A DNA stretch of 62,000 nt from Wallemia ichthyophaga EXF-994 (lineage: Eukaryota; Fungi; Basidiomycota), in NCBI RefSeq assembly GCF_000400465.1, contig NW_008806283.1, positions 206,001 to 268,000 on the forward strand. The letters are read 5' to 3'. The notes beneath the pieces were generated by a model. That model was not told the DNA's origin and searched no databases. It saw nothing but the letters and a program-made list of their open reading frames with translations. The stretch's first letter is position 1, and every line of letters begins with the position of its first letter. The position numbers and the translations under genes are program-made. Of the stretch, positions 48,967 to 59,242 are shown in pieces.

Positions 48967-51603
48967 ATGTCCCGCCCATGGCCTCATTTACCTGTGAAAT
49001 TAGAAGCCAAGGAGGAGCCGGTGGAAAGCGCAGTTGTGGAAGAGAATGTTAACGCAGGACAGAACACAGGCACAGATTGTGAACTATGGCCACAAAACTC
49101 AACACAATCGACTAAACAAGCCATTGAGCAGAAATTAAGGGAAAGAATGGTTAAGGAGAATAAACTTATTTCACATACCCTTAGACGTCCTGATGGTATC
49201 GCTGTGGATTGGAGATATAAACAGATGGCTTTCGGTGACGGTGGTGTCATTGATTTGAGTGGCGGTGATAGCGGTGAAGAGCAGTCAATTGAGCAGCCAA
49301 TTGAACAGCCAATTGAACAGCCAATTGAACAAACAGTTGAGCAACCAACAGAGCAATCAACAGAGCAATCAACAGATCAGCCACACACTCTCACACCCAC
49401 TCAGCTCTCCCCTCACCAAGTTCACCAGGTCACTCAAGCTATCAAATACGCACAATTGCCAAATCTATCCACTAGTAACGATGATCACGTTTACAATAAT
49501 CCTAATCATAGTGTAATTGGCCCTGAAAACACTTCAAACACCGCTAGCACTTCATTTCCCACCTCACCAACTTACCCATCGAATCCAGCTAACTTTAGAC
49601 ATTCCACTTTCCAATCGGGTGAATTGGATCGTTCAAGCAGCTCTAATAATACCAACTACCGCAACAACTCCAACAACTCCCCTCAACAAAACCACACGCC
49701 TTTCCTCCCACAGCGTCCAGAGCTGCCAATCCACACTCGCCGCGCGGCGAAACCGATCAAAGTACCAACGAATCCCACTCCTCGGGCAAATAGCTATGCA
49801 GGGAATGGGAATACCAAGACAAACAGAAACACACACCCTGCACCTGCTGAACCTGCTGCACTTGCTCACAGACAGCCCTACACTGCCTTACCTCCTATCG
49901 CACCCAAGGGTCTAACCATTAATAGACAACCGCGCAGCCCCTCACCCCCTCTACCCAACGAAACTCCTTCGAAGCAATACGAGCTGCATATGATGGATAA
50001 AAGTAGGCGCGAAAACAACCATCTGCACAGCTTTCGCTCTGATAGGCAGAAAGAGTCACTCGATAGGACACACGATCAGCGCAAACGTATGCAGGATAGG
50101 GTTTGCGAGAAGGATAGGGAGAAAGACAAGGAGAAAGACAAGGAGAGATACAGATTGATTTACCGCGACAGAGAAAGAGAGATTGAGAGGGAAAGAGAAC
50201 GCGACCGCGAGAAGAGAGACAAAGATCGCCATCTTGAACTAAAGAGAGTCAAAGAGAGAGAAGAATCGACACTGCGCAAAGAGGCGGAACTCGACAGGCT
50301 CCAGGCAGAAATGCGCAAGCGGATGCAAGAGAGGGAGGAGGAAGACAAGAAGCGGCGAGAGGAAGACAAAAAGCAACAGGAAGAGAATAGAAAAAGGGAG
50401 GAGGAGGAGAAAAGCCTACTGGAGCGGGTAAAGAATGACGCGATTAAGGCGGCGACAGCAGCACCAGTAACAACAGCAACGACAACAGTACCAACAACTA
50501 AACCAAAAAGTGCACCTGAAAGAATGCCCGAACGGGTACCAGAAAGAGAGCATTCCCTGAGCGCTTCAAGTGACGCAGACTCAGAACTTAATACTTCCAG
50601 CATAGAAGAGTACAACAGGATAGATCTCAGTCAACTCGAAAAGATACCGACCAATCAACCACAGTTAGTGGTTCATTTAGGTAAAATAGCTGTGGGTGTG
50701 TCGACAATATAATCCTAGCCAACTCAACTGATTAACAGGGTATAATGAATAGTTTGAGTACAATGAAGATACCACTACCGCCCACATTTTACGACACAGT
50801 GAGACGAGTGGGAGTGATTGACAGCCACACGGAAAAGGCGTGGCGTGAGCTTGTTTATGGGAGCAAAGAGGAGTATGAAAGCATAGATTTCAACCAACTC
50901 GAACAGATACCACGGGATAAAGCGCAGTTAGTGACAAGACTGGCTAAAATAGCAGTGAGTGGGGGTAAAACGAACATGGTCACGCAGCACACCAACTAAT
51001 CGCACTCGACAGGGTCATATAGATTACTTGGGACATATGCAACCACCCTACCCGGATGACCTAACCGATACGGTGAGACGGGTGGGAGTGATTGACTCGC
51101 ACACCGAGAAGGCGTTGCGAGATTGCGGCGTTGCTCGTAGGAGCACCAGCAGGGGCGATAGCAGACGTAGCACGTCGGTTGTCCCCATTCCCAGCGTGTC
51201 GAAGAGCAGCAAGAGCAAGAAGCGCACGAGTGACGAACGCGAGCGGAAGAAGGAGAGGAAGAAGGAGAAGGAGAAAGACAGGGAAAGAGAGGAGCGCGAG
51301 GAAAAAGAGAAGGAGAAAGACGATAAAGACAAAGAAGACATTCAACCACCACCCAAGAAAAAGAAGCGGAAGAGTGAAAGTGACAGGGCAAGCAGCAGCT
51401 CACGCAAAAACAAGGGATATGGGCTGGAAGCCATGAGCCAACAGTCCAAGGACAAGGACAAGGAGAAAACGCGCCAAGCGACGCCTGAAGAGCTCGACAT
51501 TAACGCTCTCAATAAGGGTATCAGTGGGAAAGCGCAGGGGGAGATCAACGAAGATGGTGACGATTGCCTGAGGCCGTTGATAGACAAAAAGCGTCGTCGT
51601 TAG
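48967..51603 (+). CDS. Uncharacterised ~850-aa protein: disordered/charged regions plus a tandemly duplicated ~70-aa domain; 3 exons (introns 50692-50738, 50955-51012)
   Basis: Two phase-0 GT..CTRAY..CAG introns join three open frames; R/E/K-rich coiled coil; Lys-rich NLS-like tail. Confidence 0.72.
49279..49383 (+). repeat. 12-nt minisatellite encoding (EQ[PST][IVT])n
   Basis: EQSIEQPIEQPIEQPIEQTVEQPTEQSTEQSTDQP. Confidence 0.9.
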
Positions 51604-51647
51604 TGAAAAATAGAGGAAAAAAAAGTTGTAACAGTACATGCATTAAT

Positions 51648-52325
51648 TTATCGAGTACAAGTAGATGTCGTGGTGGAGGGATCGCGTGTCATTCTGAGAT
51701 AAGGTTTTTTATAATCCAAATTCCCAAATGACTTTTCGGCGTCGTCGTTGGTGAGTGATGGGTGAACGATGACGCTATCGCCCTTGTTCCAATTAGCGGG
51801 GGTAGTGACGCGATAATTATCACCCAGCTGGAGACTGTCAATTGCCCTGAGTATCTCAGACCAGTTCCTGCCAGTGCTAGCCGGGTAGGTGAGCATCATT
51901 CTAATCGTCTGAGTGGGATCGATGACGAAGACTGAGCGCACTGTGAGTGGAGCACCGTGAGTGTCTACATTAGTAACATCTAGTTGGTCGAGCATATCGT
52001 ACAATCCCGCCACGTTTCTCTGCGCATCTGAGATTATCGGGAAGGGTACTTGTGTATCGTATAGCTCGTTTATGTCTCCAATCCAGCCGTGATGGGAGGC
52101 GAGGTCGTTGATGGACAAACCCAGCAATTTAACGCGTCTATCGGTGAACTCTGTGGCTATTTTAGACAAAGCACCTATTTCTGTCGTGCACACTGGCGTA
52201 TAATCGTCTGGATGGCTGAAGAGCATTGTCCAGCTGTTGCCGATGTACTCGTGCAGGTGGATACGTCCGTGGGTAGTGTCGGCTGTGAAATCGGGTGCTT
52301 TGCTGCCGAGATGGAGAGAAGGCAT
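51648..52325 (-). CDS. PRX1: 1-Cys peroxiredoxin (Prx6 subfamily)
   Basis: APDFTADTT, FSHPDDYTPVCTTE, TVRSVFVIDP, YPASTGRNWSEILRAIDSLQ, TPANW. Confidence 0.95.
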   Translation of the reverse strand: MPSLHLGSKAPDFTADTTHGRIHLHEYIGNSWTMLFSHPDDYTPVCTTEIGALSKIATEFTDRRVKLLGLSINDLASHHGWIGDINELYDTQVPFPIISDAQRNVAGLYDMLDQLDVTNVDTHGAPLTVRSVFVIDPTQTIRMMLTYPASTGRNWSEILRAIDSLQLGDNYRVTTPANWNKGDSVIVHPSLTNDDAEKSFGNLDYKKPYLRMTRDPSTTTSTCTR

Positions 52326-52374
52326 CGTGGTGGTTGTGGTTGTTGTGGTGGTGTCTTCTTACTCGGAAACGATC

Positions 52375-52986
52375 ATGATGCTGGGAGGATTGCGAGGATT
52401 GCGGGGAGTGGCTGGTCATGCTACACCTCCCGCGCGCAGCAGAGCGTTCATCACGCTCCCCGATTTCTCCAGCACTAGCCCGCCAGCGACATACACCGAG
52501 GAGAGGCTATTGCCGTATGCGCAGCGTGATTTATGGAGGATGGTGGCGGATGTTGGCAGGTACAGCAAGTTTGTGCCGCACTGCACGCATTCCCGTGTCT
52601 TGGGTAGCGGGGAGCGGGAGCGGGAGCGGGAGTGGAAGCAGAACCAGGAACAAGACGCAAAACTCAGCACCACCACCACCGTCGAAGCAGAACTGGGCGT
52701 CGGGTTCAAGGGTTTCGAAGAGAGGTACACGAGTGTAGTGACGCTGCAGCCGTTCCACACCGTCACCGCTAGAGCTAGCTCTCAGACACCGCTGTTCAAG
52801 TCGCTCGAAACGCGCTATCGATTCACGCAGCACTCGCATACACACACCCTCCTGGCTATTGAGCTCGAATACGCCTTCAGTAACCCCCTCTACGCGGCGC
52901 TGTCATCCACCTTCTTCGACGGCGTCAGCCACGCGATGGTGAATGCGTTCGAGGAGAGGGCGCGTGTGGTTTGTGGAAGGGTGTAG
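52375..52986 (+). CDS. COQ10: Coenzyme Q-binding START-domain protein
   Basis: Arg-rich presequence; YTEERLLPY..VADVGRYSKFVPHC, AELGVGFKGFEERYTS, LFKSLETRY, FSNPLYA, MVNAFEERA. Confidence 0.9.
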   Translation: MMLGGLRGLRGVAGHATPPARSRAFITLPDFSSTSPPATYTEERLLPYAQRDLWRMVADVGRYSKFVPHCTHSRVLGSGEREREREWKQNQEQDAKLSTTTTVEAELGVGFKGFEERYTSVVTLQPFHTVTARASSQTPLFKSLETRYRFTQHSHTHTLLAIELEYAFSNPLYAALSSTFFDGVSHAMVNAFEERARVVCGRV

Positions 52987-53068
52987 TGTGAGAGTGGATA
53001 GGAGAGTCATGTAAACAATGTAATGCATGCCACGCACTCATATTCATATTCATACTCATACTCACAAT

Positions 53069-53123
53069 CCCTTCAAAATCCCTTCAAAATCCCTTCAAAA
53101 TGCCTTCAAAATGCCTTCAAAAT
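53069..53123. repeat. 11-bp tandem repeat [C/G]CCTTCAAAAT x5 spanning the acyltransferase stop codon
   Basis: Five consecutive units, differing only at the first base. Confidence 0.95.
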
Positions 53124-54884
53124 CCGCTCAAATTCATCAAGATATTCGCGCACACACTCATCACCCCACTGCACACCATCCTTACCAAGACTAACGGTAA
53201 GTTGGCCACCGAGGGAGAAAGTCTCTAGGAGGAGTTCGTTAGAGCGGCAGCGGACGCCAAGTAGGGCAGATCGTGAGGGAGATTGATCGAGCATGATGAC
53301 GCCATCTGTAGCCTGGTATAGCTGCTTAACATTCATAACACCCAGCATCGACGCGTTGATAGCAGTCCCTTTACCTCGCTGTGAATGCTGTGTCTCGTCA
53401 CCCTTCTCTTTCACCGCCTTCCACCCATCACCCCCCTGTGCAAAATGAGCAGCGCGGGAGAGCGCCATGGTGTGTGCATCTTGTAAAAGAGTTGGGGATG
53501 TGAGTAGATTGACAAACTGGGTTTGAGCGGTTTGCGCGCGGTGTGCGAAACGCCTTTTAAAGGTGGGTGAATCACTTGTGCACGGCGTAGACGGTAGCTG
53601 TATCCCACCGAAACCGAGCTGGACAGATACGTTGCTCGTCGTCGCTGTGCGTCTTTGTAGATAGGGCCGCAACGAGAAGGGGAAGCCTACGAGACATGTG
53701 TCGCCCGTGTGCTGCTGCTTGTGCCGGTGGTTCACATTCGCAATAGCCATCGAGGTCGCTGCAAAGAGGAGTGGTCCTGGTGTGTGTTAGCAGGTACATA
53801 GCACTCACACTGACAGGTGAGAGGTGAGACATGTAGCATTTCACGTTGGCCACAATCATTTGTCTTCACCATCAAATTTCTCCCTGCACCCACCTATCTT
53901 TACTGCACACGCCTTGGCGAAGCGCACCACGGCGTCCGTCTGCTCGCGTGAGAGGGAGAAGTGCATCCAATCGGTCAGAGCACCCCAGGGAGGCTGAAGA
54001 GATTGTTGCTGTTGAGGAGAGTATCCACCGACGAACTCAAGGGTAGTGAGTCGATCCAACTTGTCGCTCCGCACCTGACTCACCACCCGCCTAATAGCCC
54101 AGTACCATCTGAGGCGGGGGAGGGGAGTTGTGCGTTTGGGTGCGTAGTTAGGCAGCGGCGGATAGCCCACTTCCGTCGCATCAGGGAGGGCAGATAGAAT
54201 GTCTTCCTTTGTGACCTTGAGCGGGGTGAGATCGCCGACGGTGTGGATGTGGGGAGTGAAAGAGTGAAAATTTTCCAATGTCGGGAGGTCGGCGCGAACA
54301 TTGCACTCGTCGAGAAGATCACTCGTGAGGAGACGGAGGAAGTCGTGCATGAGGCTGACGACGGAGGTGCCGTCAGAGATAGAGTGTGCAGTTGCGATTA
54401 CGAGGTCTACGTTGTTAGTGAGGGTGTTGTGGAAGATAAACAACCTGGCGAGGTGAGCGTGGTCGAGGTAACGTCTAGGGCCGTTCCAGAGGTAGTTGCG
54501 CATCCAAGTATCAACGTCAACGTCATGTTGATAAATGAGGGAGTGAGAGGAGTGAATCAGGGTGGTAAGAGGATCGCTGGAGAGATTGTCTGTGTTTAAG
54601 ACGAAGTGCAAATTTTCACCTTCCTGCACAGTGAGACTTAGGGAAGGATGAAGCTGGTGAAGTTTTGACCAGGCGGGCAGAGCGTTAAATAGAATGTCAG
54701 GGTTTGATAAAGACATGGGTAATTTAAAGAAGATATCAGTTCTGCCTTGGTGGAGCGTCGACATTTTATGAAAGAACATTTCAACGAGACCGAGTTTGCG
54801 GTGGACAGTGCAATCGCTACGGGTGTCCCAGTGTAATTGAGAGTCTTGCAAATGGGCCAAAGTGAATAAATCCGACTTGTTCAT
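53106..54884 (-). CDS. CoA-dependent acyltransferase (alcohol acetyltransferase/condensation-like), 2 exons
   Basis: RKLGLVEMFF N-terminal motif; HxxxDG catalytic motif TAHSISDGTS; phase-1 intron gives KI|GPLLFAA. Confidence 0.75.
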
Positions 54885-54907
54885 TGTAAGTTATCAAGGT
54901 TACTTGA

Positions 54908-56143
54908 ATGCCTTCATCATCGAAACCCACCCAAGTCGACGAAGAGGACCAGCGCAGGCAGCAGAATAGACTGGCCCAGCGTGAGTTCAGGCAGAGGAAG
55001 CAGCGCGAGAAAGACGAACTCAAGGCGAGGATTGAGTTTCTAGAGAGAGACCCAGATCAGCAATCGCAGCTTATGACTAGAGTTGCAAGGGAATTATACG
55101 CTGAGAACAATAGACTTCGAGCACTGGTACACTCTCTTAGCTCGTTTGTTGGCACTGGCGCTGGCTCGAGTTTGCACGGGTTGGGGTTAACACCGGCCCA
55201 GATGGATAATTTACTCAGTTACTCACGCGTTGAACCCGAAGTGGATGTTGGATTTGAAATGTTTATGCAGAATAGGAGTAGGCGTGGTGGCAGAGGTGAT
55301 GAGAATGATATCGGTAATAAGAGGCCCAGGTACAGTCTGTCGAATGGCAGTGATAGTGCTAGTCCCGTTAGTCATGCTCAGCGGCAGGCGCAGCCAGAGA
55401 CACACACGAGCGCACAGGCACAGTCACCGGCACAGCCCCACCCATACGCCCTCAATCACCTTCTCAACGATAACCTCAGCACTAGCCATGCCTCCTCTAC
55501 GCCCACCCAACCCCGCACAGACTTCCAAAACGACTGTTTCGTAATGATGTCATCCGACGACCCCGAATTTAACGTCTCCACAAAGTTAAACGGGGAAGAG
55601 ACAACGCTGTACAACTTTGCAAGTAGTCTGAAACACTACTCGAGTAGCAAGATGGTACAGGCAGCCCAGCTGATAGAGTACAATCTCAACAACTTCCGTG
55701 CTGACCAGAGCTACCACCTTCCTCCGTCACTCAAGCCATCCCTCATCCAACGCACTGTGCCACACGATAGCCTGATTGATGGTATACCCTTTGCCAGTCT
55801 GCGCGATAAGCTTATACTCAACTCTGACAGTAGCAGCAGTAGCAGCAGTAGCCACGAGCACGCACAGGCTCATGCTAGCCATGCCAACCACACCACAGAC
55901 ACCTCCAAAACCTCTCAATCTAACCCTAAAGTAGACGTGCGGCGCGTTATACGCATGCTGCTCACTTCCACTACTATACACGGCGAGGACGTCCTCAACG
56001 CCGATAATTGGGAACTCGACGACCGATTTTATGCCGACTACTTCTTTCTCACTGACAAGCACATGCTCGATACGAGTAATAAGTGGAGAGAGAGGAGTCA
56101 CAGGCCATTACTGGCCGGTGGGGAGATGAACCATCTGTTTTGA
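54908..56143 (+). CDS. bZIP transcription factor with DUF3425-like C-terminal domain
   Basis: RRQQNRLAQREFRQRK plus zipper; LKPSLIQRTVPHDSLIDGIPFASLRDKLI..IHGEDVL..NWE. Confidence 0.85.
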   Translation: MPSSSKPTQVDEEDQRRQQNRLAQREFRQRKQREKDELKARIEFLERDPDQQSQLMTRVARELYAENNRLRALVHSLSSFVGTGAGSSLHGLGLTPAQMDNLLSYSRVEPEVDVGFEMFMQNRSRRGGRGDENDIGNKRPRYSLSNGSDSASPVSHAQRQAQPETHTSAQAQSPAQPHPYALNHLLNDNLSTSHASSTPTQPRTDFQNDCFVMMSSDDPEFNVSTKLNGEETTLYNFASSLKHYSSSKMVQAAQLIEYNLNNFRADQSYHLPPSLKPSLIQRTVPHDSLIDGIPFASLRDKLILNSDSSSSSSSSHEHAQAHASHANHTTDTSKTSQSNPKVDVRRVIRMLLTSTTIHGEDVLNADNWELDDRFYADYFFLTDKHMLDTSNKWRERSHRPLLAGGEMNHLF

Positions 56144-56253
56144 AGTGAGTGAGTGACTGTAGATGTAATATAAATAGTTGTAACGTGCATTCGAGTATAA
56201 TATATTACAGTGTGGTGTGTGTTTTGTGTGCCCTCTGGTATATATACACAAAC

Positions 56254-59037
56254 TCACTCGTCACGCGTCCTGAACACCTTCTCAACCGCGCCGTCGACGA
56301 CTCTGTATCCATTCGCCAGAAAAAGCTTCGAAGAGAGGAAGGGGGAGACATCGTACACCTCCACATCGTTTGCCTGGAGACAAGTTAGCGGAAATCACCA
56401 TACACACACCGACCCACCCTATTCTCAAGGTCCTTCAAAGGCACATGTACAGTCTCAGGATCGGTGAGGTGGTGTGCACGCCACGTTCTCACGCGCTCCT
56501 TGACTAGCTGACCCAGGAGGAAAGCAAGTAGTTCCTCTGAATCCTTAGCCTGGTGAACGTATTTGCGCAGGCCCTGTCAGAGGTAGTGAGCAAAAAGTGT
56601 GAAGAGTAAATAAAGCACAACGCACCCTCTCGAGTGTCTTTTTGACAGAAGTCTTCTGCGCACTAACGAAACTGCCGACAGTGACTTGAATAGCGAGATC
56701 GATATCGTCAGCGCGAACGAATTCACGTAGACTCATACGAGCAGCAGCCTCACTCATACGGATCATACTTTCTAAATGACGGACGGTGATGGGGAACGAA
56801 CCTGTAGCCAGACTCTCCCTGCGTAGGTCAGCGTATAACCTCGCCAGCTTGTCTTGATCAAGTTGGTGCAGTTTAGGCTTACACCTCTCGCGAGCGAACA
56901 TTATATACTTCTTCAAGACACCCTGATCAATAATCTCGGCATCCACACTTGTACCAACATCATTCTCGTCTACTTCCGCTTCGAAATCTGGGTGGGAGCG
57001 TAGATGAGAACCGACTACGAACTTGGCGAGCATCTCATCTACAATAGGGTCGACTGTGTCCTTTACCACGCAGAGCACATCAAAACGTGAGAGAATAGGT
57101 TCAGTGAGTTCCACATTCGCAGCAAAAGGTATAGTAGGGTTATAGCGACCGCGCAAGGGATTAGCTGCGGCGATAACGGCACAGCGTGCCTGTAGAGTAG
57201 TAACAATACCCGCCTTGCTAATACTGATGCTCTGCTGCTCCATTGCCTCATGGATAGAAGTACGATCAGCGTCGTTCATCTTGTCGAACTCATCGATAAG
57301 ACAGGTACCTTTATCGGCTAGTACCAACGCACCTCCCTCCAGTGTCCATTCACGCGTCATAGGATCCTTACGCACACTCGCAGTTAATCCCACAGCCGAC
57401 GCACCCTGTCCCGTTGTGAAAACGGCGCGATGTGCTGTCTTTTCAACATACTTGAGGAATTGCGATTTAGCTGTACCTGGATCACCTAGCAGAAGTACAT
57501 TAATGTCACCACGTATCCTATGCTTTCGGTTGACATCTTTGCTGACTCCTCCGAATAAACTTAAAGCTATAGCCGTCTTAATATCGTCATGACCGTATAT
57601 AGATGGCGCTATTGACTTGATGATTCGCTTGCGCACCCGCTCATCCCGCGCTAAATGACGAATTGCACGCTCATCTTCCTCGGTTAGTCTGAAGGCAGCA
57701 AACTCATCCTCCCGCTTGTTTACATAGTTAGCCTCAATTATCGTGCTAAATACTGGAAAACCATTCTTGGTGTTAAGGGAGGCGTCGAAATTGTTACGGT
57801 ATACCCCCGTCACTTCCACCTCCTCACCAGGTTTTGCATTGTCGATGAGGTCCCATAGGAGGATAACTTCACGGTGACGTGGGAGTCGGCCGGCTGGTAC
57901 ACTGCCCGGCGACTCCTGCAGAGTCATCTTTTGGTAGTTTCGGTAGACAGTCTGCTCACTGTTGACAACGAAAGGACCCTTGCTCTGGCAGTTGGAACAG
58001 AAGGAAATTTTTATCTCTTTGCTGCCATCCTGGTAGAAAGGACCAAGGGTGGTAGTGCATTTAGTGCAGTTGAAACGAACGTATTTGAGCTGAGGAAAGA
58101 CACCTGAACGACGAGTTACGACACCAGAGACACGAACGAGCTGGTTGAGGTCGGCTTGGCGGAGGTCTCGCAGGGTTTTGGCGGTAGGCAATTCAGTGAC
58201 GCGGACGTGGATTTCACTGTGTATACGCTCGTAGTCGGGGTAGTAGAGTAGGATAGCGTCGAGAGCGACGTCATCGAGGATTCTGAGGGTTTCGTGGGGT
58301 GCGTTGATGAGGAAGGAAGCGAGGATGGGCTTGTCTTGGAGGAGGTGGAGGTAGGAGATTTCGAGGGATTCAGAGTTCTGCTCACCGAGGGATTTGATAC
58401 GCTGGCCATAGACGGAGGAGCCGTGTTGATCAGTATAGGTCATGATGAAATTACGGAAATACTTGGCCACGCTGCGCCTGACGTTGTCAGCGTTGAGCCA
58501 TTCGTTAAGAGAAGCAGCTTTGACGTCGCCAAGATTCTCGAGAGGAATTTCATCGTCGTCGTTGTCGACGTCGTCGACATCAGGACGCTCATCGTAGTGG
58601 CGACGACGTCTTCTCTGTACGAGCAATCTGTTATCGGGATCGTCGTCATGGTCTGATTGCAAGAAAGCAGGAATTTTAGCGCGAGATTTGGGGTTGTGAA
58701 GACCAGCCTGTTTACGATCACGTCTCTCCAATTTAGCCTCAACAGCTCTGCGGGTGGAAGGATCTAACGCGTCAAAGTGGTCATCGTCGATCTGATCAGG
58801 ATCGTAGTAATCAAGGTTATTGTTGTTATTGTAATCGCCAGTCATATCATCGCCGAATAGATCTTCGCCGTCGTCGGGCTCGCCGAGCAAACCATCCACG
58901 TCGTCGTCGTCAACGTCACTGAAAGGATCTTGCGGCGGAGAGGAAGGCGGTGGGGGCGAAGACGGTGGAAGAGACGAGGCTATTGGAGATGATCTGACAT
59001 CGCCATTTGAAGATCTTCTACGCTTTTGAAGTGGCAT
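56254..59037 (-). CDS. MCM2: DNA replication licensing factor Mcm2, 3 exons
   Basis: Zn finger CTKC..CSNC, YRNYQKMTLQESPG, LLLGDPGTAKSQ, CLIDEFDKM, ILSRFD, ITVRHLESMIR. Confidence 0.97.
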
Positions 59038-59042
59038 TAGAT

Positions 59043-59061
59043 ACGCGTGCAGATGGCGCGT
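59043..59061. promoter_or_regulatory. MCB-like ACGCGT (59043-59048) and GCGCGT (59056-59061) just upstream of MCM2
   Basis: Exact MluI box next to a G1/S gene, but unusually close to the ATG. Confidence 0.3.
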
Positions 59062-59150
59062 TAAAGAGATTGATTGAGACCAAGTTGGAATGCAATTAAA
59101 TATTTTACAAAATAGGAGAATGTAAGGATTGATTGATTGTTATATTATTA

Positions 59151-59207
59151 TTATCAATCGAATAAATTGTCTAATGAAATAAATAATTTTTATCAATCGA
59201 ATAAATT
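59151..59207. repeat. Perfect 18-bp direct repeat TTATCAATCGAATAAATT (59151-59168, 59190-59207) in the MCM2/NOP56 divergent spacer
   Basis: Exact duplication with a 39-bp period. Confidence 0.9.
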
Positions 59208-59242
59208 TTCAAATCGAGTCTTCTCCTTGCACACCAGCAACC

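Noticed and set aside
52237-52374. Upstream extension of the COQ10 ORF overlapping PRX1
   Set aside because: Starts at a non-ATG codon inside the PRX1 antisense strand; the presequence-like sequence begins at ATG 52375
53777-53893. Internal CAG-T-GTGAGT in the long acyltransferase intron, suggesting a 1-nt microexon or stwintron
   Set aside because: Every two-step splicing route I tried breaks frame or creates TGA; direct splicing keeps frame
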